A DNA stretch of 64,000 nt from Laetmonice hystrix. Lineage: Eukaryota. The first letter of the stretch is position 1. Each line of letters starts with the position of its first letter. The notes below the pieces were generated by a model. It was not told the DNA's origin, did no database searches, and was given only the letters and a program-made list of their open reading frames with translations. Position numbers and translations under genes: made by a program. The stretch spans positions 23,994,001 to 24,058,000 of the forward strand of contig OZ249447.1 of assembly GCA_965235115.1 (NCBI GenBank), in the 5' to 3' direction. Positions 59,101 to 64,000 of the stretch are shown here, one piece after another.

Positions 59101-62100
59101 CATATAAAGCAACATGGTACTAAATGAGAAACTCTCAGGTAGGACGAACGCTCGTCTGGTCTGCCTCTGGTCTGATGAGGTTATTGGACCACTACTATGA
59201 TATCCACGGACAGGTTCCGTATACCCTCAACATTCTGTCTGAGAATCTACCCTTTTTTTATTAGTTGAAGGAAGTGTCCAGTCTACCATCACCTCTCTCT
59301 TAGTTTTCTCCCAAAGTTCTGAATTGTAACCGAACTTACTTTGTTTTGACTCGGCTGTGTGCAGCCAGTCATCATGCCTTGTATGGATATGGTGGTGTAA
59401 GGGTTCTACACAGGCACAAAACACAAAATACATGCCTCATTGCATGCCTGATAACCAATTATCTTGTCAGCTGAGGATGCCAGGTATAGCCGTCAAGGTA
59501 GAACCAAAAGGGCACGAGGTGTATGTATACAACTCGAGGTCTATACATAGAAACACCCGTCAGGTTAACAGCCGTGATGCGGCTACAGACGACGCCATCA
59601 TCATTTCTGAAGGTAACAACTAGGAATTGGATGGCAGGAAACGGTAAGAGCCGACTGGTCGGTGCGAGGAGCAACACACCACATCCAACAATACATAGCA
59701 AGTCTACTGAGGCTTCATTGGACGGGTGGTTACAGTCACGGCACCAGACAACAAGGGTGGGTGAGGACGTGTGGTAACACATGTAGGGGGCGGGCAGAGA
59801 GACATGATCCCACACCAAACCACACCATTAAATACGGGATCCGCAGTCAGAGAGGCAAGAGTAGTGAAGGGTCTACACACATAAATACCATATGTATCAG
59901 TCAAGAATGGTTGGAAATGCCTTTTTGACACCACCCGTTGAAATCGCATACAAGAAATTAAATGGGAGCAAAACGTAAGGTATATGATTTTGGATGCAAA
60001 GGTTATGCAATCATGCAATGGATGGCGTACTGCAGTCTTTGAAATGGTGCGTAATTAAGTCAAGTCGCTATAGATAAGCTGAGGCCGTCCGTTACAAACA
60101 GGAGATAACAGACTGGCCTTGTATCCATAGAGTAAACTAACTCTGTGAGATAACTTTTGAAAGGACAAAATGTGTAACATAGCGTGACTGTTTCTGGCAC
60201 TCCTAACAGGCTTTGCTTCACCGCGAGGAAGAGAAAGAGATTACAAGCTGTAGGGATCGCTTTACATTCAGCATAATTTGTTTGTTAAGGATCGATGGAG
60301 GAATTGTTTATGATGAACAGGTGACCTGGATCTACAGTAATCAGACGGTGAATGTGAGATGGGAATGAATATATGTATAAGATGAGAGTAGAGGTTGAAA
60401 ATGAACGTGATGAACCGCATGGATGATGACGTCATGAAGGCGGGTGACGGGTAACGTGACCGGGAACCATGTATGACCAGGCGTGACCGTGTCATGACCG
60501 GGGTATTTAAATGAAACAAGATTAAACGCAGTGACGGCCTGACGCTACTGGATGCTGGAGACCCAGAGTCACCTCTAAACATGAATGATACGTCCTAGAA
60601 AATGGACGCCCCTGACTCCTAGACATGTACGTCTATGTGTATTTCAGGAAAACTGGCGGGCAGACCAAAACCTGCAGGAGTGCCTTGAGTGTCCTAAACG
60701 GTTGAGGAAGGGACAGAGATGCCATACGGTGAGCAGCAATGTAAAGCACGATGCGTAAATAAGGCATTTTAAATATGCTGCCAGCAGCGAAGATTCAGGC
60801 AGTTCGTAAGGATAAGGAAAGCTTCAGTCCATAAACAGAACGGGTGAACAGAGGTGAGAGGAAGGTATACAGTACACTGAACCAGTTTCCCCCAAATCTG
60901 GGGCGAGTCAGATTATCATAAAATGTGGGCATGAAATGACAATTTGTTGATGCCCAACAACGTGATGGGTAAATAAGGATAAATTCGTAAAGACTGAATT
61001 GTGTGTGAAACCTAGAGTACAAAAACTCAAGGATAATAAAGAGGTGTTATTGAAATAACATGCTTCTAATTCAAAAAAAGTTAAAAAGTGTTCAATATGA
61101 TGAAACTTCTCCCCACTTCTCCCCAAAGAGTGTATGTGTTGCCGTCTTTTTCAAAGTTTGTAATCCACATTGAATACAGGATACAAAGTTTTCAAGGTAC
61201 CGTTTATAAACATTCGTAATTTACTGAATCTTTTGACAAAAAGATACGTTAAAAGCTGTGGTTTTCTTATACTTTTGCTTCATTTATAGTACATATCAGA
61301 GTATAATTCTAAGCATCTATCATACTGTACCATATTACACAGATATAAATGTTATCGAAATAATTTATTACACTTACCTCTTACTGTTGTATAGTCACCA
61401 TGCCACCAGCTAAAGAAATTAAACTGCAGTAAAAACCTGAAAGTCAAACCATTATTAGAAGATTTACGACCGACCTTCAGCGAGTTACATACACCACAGG
61501 AATCCGACATAGCGGTACCAACATTAGCGGGTGGACCCCTGAAGCCCCCCCCCCCCCTCCTCCTCGATCCATTCCTGCATATACCCGTCTTATCGTAGTA
61601 TACTGGACACACTTATCACTCTAAAATAACCATTAATCCAGCATCACAGCTCATGCTTCATGTAAGTCTGTACCAACATGGAAATCAGAGCAAGGTTTGA
61701 TTTTGCAGATTTATGTTCATTCCATGTGTACTCACAGCGCTATCTCTTGGACCAGCCATGATAGTGAAGAAAATAAATGTCTCAATGGCTGAAAAAAATC
61801 ATACATTTCAGAGTCAGATAATGGATACACATACAAATCCTTTCTTAGGTTTTCAAAGGAAAAGATGAAGTAATGCATCAGCTGATGGGTTCAGCAACAC
61901 GTGCACACATCAACCATCCACAATATAAGTGCACGGAGTTTTAAGCTGAACCTTTATATAAATATAAACGTAAATCTCAGGTCATCGTTTTTGTTACAGG
62001 GAATAGTGCACGGAGTTTTAAACTGAACCTTCATATAAATATAAATGTAAATCTCAGGTCATCGTTTTTATTACAGGGAATAGTGCACGGAGTTTTAAAC

Positions 62101-63734
62101 TGAACCTTCATATAAATATAAATGTAAATCTCAGGTCATCGTTTTTGTTACAGGGAATAGTGCACGGAGTTTTAAACTGAACCTTCATATAAATATAAAT
62201 GTAAATCTCAGGTCATCGTTTTTATTACAGAGAATAGTGCACGGAGTTTTAAACTGAACCTTCATATAAATATAAAAGTAAATCTCAGGTCATCGTTTTT
62301 ATTACAGAGAATAGTGCACGGAGTTTTAAACTGAACCGTCATATACCCTCTGACCGGATACCTGTCTGGCAGCTGAGAAGGCTTTCACTGATCTGAGATA
62401 ATAATAGGTTGATACTTACATCTATAAATAGGGACCGTGCTCCTGACCCTCCTCTCACCCAGATTTCACATATTCCTTGGTAGTCGTACATTTGTATTCT
62501 ACAAATGAAGAAGAGAACATGAACTCTTACGGTAAAATACAATAAAATATTAGATCGAATTCCGCAAACATTACTCTCAATATACTATGAATATTAACAC
62601 GCTCTCCTGAAATATATCTACTGTTTATTGACAACTCATATACCGGTAAGCCAGAAATAAAGGCTGCCAAGAATGACATGGTGTTGAAGAGATAAAAGGC
62701 TGCCAAGACTTAGTCGACGTTGAAGACACCTACCTCCTAAAAACCCCTTTCTTAATGCCCATACTATCGGCCTCCTCATGTTGGATAAGTTCCTTCATTA
62801 ATGTTCCATCCAGCTCCCCAAAGAATTTACCAATCTGCAACATAGAGATTTGATGTGGACGAGATTCGTTTCAAATTCACGACAGCCGACGTATGAACGT
62901 GGCTACGTACAGTTGGCACCTCTCATTGTCTCTCTGTCATCTGGTTCAGGTTGGGCACACCGCACAGAAACGTAGCAGGTCATATTCAAATGAGCGTAAA
63001 TTGTTGTTCATGCCTGCATACACCTTATTCATTACCACTTCACATTTTCTAAATACTGTTTGCTAAAAAATCGATCTAGGACTTACCTCGCCTTGGTTCT
63101 CCGACAAAACCACAAAGCCATTGTTATCAAGGAGATAACAATCAAGCTCCTGAAGCCAAACAAATTATTGATATCACTGTTAATGAAACAACTATAGAAA
63201 GACATGTTGATTGACCTTAGTCACACCAACAAACATACAGCAAACATGTCAACATACAAAACCTGTCAACAAACATACAGCAAACATGTCAACATACAAA
63301 ATCTATCAACGCAAAATGAGCAAAACATATCACCGCAAAATGAGCCAGCTGAAACAAGCTCGCACAATTTGACTGTTGAAGTTGCCGATAAATTAATCCT
63401 CGTACACGCAGAAAATTCCCCTCTTGATCAGGTATCGACCTTAGTTATGACCGCATACATCAAAAGTCGACCAATGGCAGTGTGTTAAGACAGTATTAGA
63501 CGATAAATGCCAAGGAGTCTATGAAAGATGATTTACGTACAGCACTTTCACAAGTCATGTTACACGGAGCGTCCTTGAAGGGGCAGACTCTCGTCTGGTT
63601 GATGAAGAACTCGTAGAACTTGTCGTATCTCATCTGGAGACCGACGACGGCAGCCACCGCCTCCCGGCCCTCCTCCGAGATGATGATCGGTGAACTGGCT
63701 GTCACCACCGTCTTGTTCCACTCCGACTCATCAC
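50104..63734 (-). CDS. CACNA2D: Voltage-gated calcium channel alpha2delta subunit, 3' part (gene continues beyond the window); CACNA2D3/4-like
   Basis: Exons in frame: 63734-63541 (AAVVGLQMRYDKF...CNMTCES), 63149-63087 (ELDCYLLDNNGFVVLS), 62834-62734 (IGKFFGELDG), 62498-62420 (QMYDYQGIC), 61788-61736, 61436-61378 (FNFFSWWHGD), then 56971-56629 or 54836-54530, then 51047-50935 (TNLMLLAVDAQCYC), 50655-50573 (CQRLQQDIYRKRPDECHSYH), and 50199-50104 (EDATHCG plus a hydrophobic GPI-type tail). Confidence 0.93.
50656..50934 (-). other. U12-type (minor spliceosome) AT-AC intron, 279 bp
   Basis: Donor ATATCCTTT (50934-50926), branch CCTTGAC (50671-50665), acceptor CTAC ending at 50656. Removal restores the frame (KIEY-NDTMTC). 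Confidence 0.92.
54530..54836 (-). CDS. alpha2delta alternative exon C (alpha2/delta junction, 307 nt, phase 1 to 2)
   Basis: Acceptor TTTCTGTCGTCAG, donor AG|GTAAGT. Encodes ...WYGTLKKQYGPRLIGHESCTKEFPLF...LKCGWCTR, which resembles the delta N-terminus (PCDTEYPAF...CEDCSK). Confidence 0.8.
56629..56971 (-). CDS. alpha2delta alternative exon A (alpha2/delta junction, 343 nt, phase 1 to 2)
   Basis: Acceptor GTGCTTCACAG, donor AA|GTGAGT. Encodes ...WFKNIKKRFGPHIIGHEECINSLSLF...QCQDQCVNTTK, paralogous to exon C. Confidence 0.8.
57640..58060 (+). mobile_element. Highly degraded RTE-like LINE 3' remnant
   Basis: Short peptides LLLYEYETWILTAEKL (compare LLYGSETWTLT) and RWTIALMPNPQG; broken by stops. 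Confidence 0.3.
59340..59405 (-). CDS. Candidate 66-nt symmetric (phase 1-1) cassette exon of alpha2delta
   Basis: Strong pyrimidine tract TATTTTGTGTTTTGTGCCTGTGTAG and donor A|GTAAGT; reads EPLHHHIHTRHDDWLHTAESKQ in frame. Confidence 0.5.
61928..62337. repeat. 77-bp minisatellite, about 5.3 copies, in an alpha2delta intron
   Basis: AGTGCACGGAGTTTTAAACTGAACC... recurs at 61928, 62005, 62082, 62159, 62236 and 62313. Confidence 0.95.
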
Positions 63735-63891
63735 CTACAACAATGGACAACACTGGCGTCAACTGTAACTTCACCTACAGCAATGGACAACACTGCCGTC
63801 AACTGTAACTTCACCTACAGCAATGGACAACACTGGCGTCAACTTTAACTTCACCTACAGCAATGGACAACACTGGCGTCAACTGTAACTT
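63732..63891. repeat. 40-bp tandem repeat, 4 copies, overlapping an alpha2delta splice acceptor
   Basis: Unit CACCTACAGCAATGGACAACACTGGCGTCAACTGTAACTT at 63732, 63772, 63812 and 63852. Confidence 0.92.
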
Positions 63892-64000
63892 CTCTGTGTA
63901 AACTGGTCTGTCTACCTCACCACGACTCGTTATATAAACTGGGCTGTTTCTACCCCGCCACTGTTCGTATATAAACCTTTGTAAAAATGAATATTGCAAG

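Noticed and set aside
59172-59230. CTGATGAG hammerhead-ribozyme core
   Set aside because: No stem II followed by GAAA, and no flanking helices.
60540-60582. GDSGSP peptide resembling a serine-protease catalytic motif
   Set aside because: No preceding Cys, and no His or Asp catalytic motifs or further exons; intronic chance match.
60673-60694. 22-nt phase 1-to-2 micro-exon candidate in alpha2delta (GHSRHSC)
   Set aside because: Weak donor (GTTTTG), and using it would delete conserved delta cysteines.

Overview
Eukaryotic (invertebrate metazoan-type) genomic DNA with spliceosomal introns; the exact taxon cannot be determined from the sequence. Exon structures were assembled by hand from splice signals and frame continuity. 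In order: (1) a 10-finger ZFP91/ZNF653/ZNF692-family C2H2 gene on the minus strand (1351-9493); (2) a complete WASHC4/SWIP gene on the plus strand (12644-33204, 31 core exons), whose first intron holds a very young BEL/Pao LTR retrotransposon (identical 224-bp LTRs, GCGGC TSD) with an apparent frameshifting deletion in its protease; (3) a tandem pair of signal-peptide-less aerolysin/ETX-MTX2-like beta-pore-forming genes (37507-38782, 44441-45978) in a MITE/LINE-rich interval; (4) the 3' part of a calcium-channel alpha2delta (CACNA2D) gene on the minus strand (50104 to >63734). The CACNA2D gene contains an AT-AC U12-type intron, two duplicated and apparently mutually exclusive exons covering the alpha2/delta junction, a His-rich cassette exon candidate, and a minisatellite that stacks four splice acceptors. 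Several minisatellites and palindromic MITEs are also present. No prokaryotic systems, rRNA, tRNA or CRISPR arrays were found. Family assignments rest on recalled motifs, not database searches.
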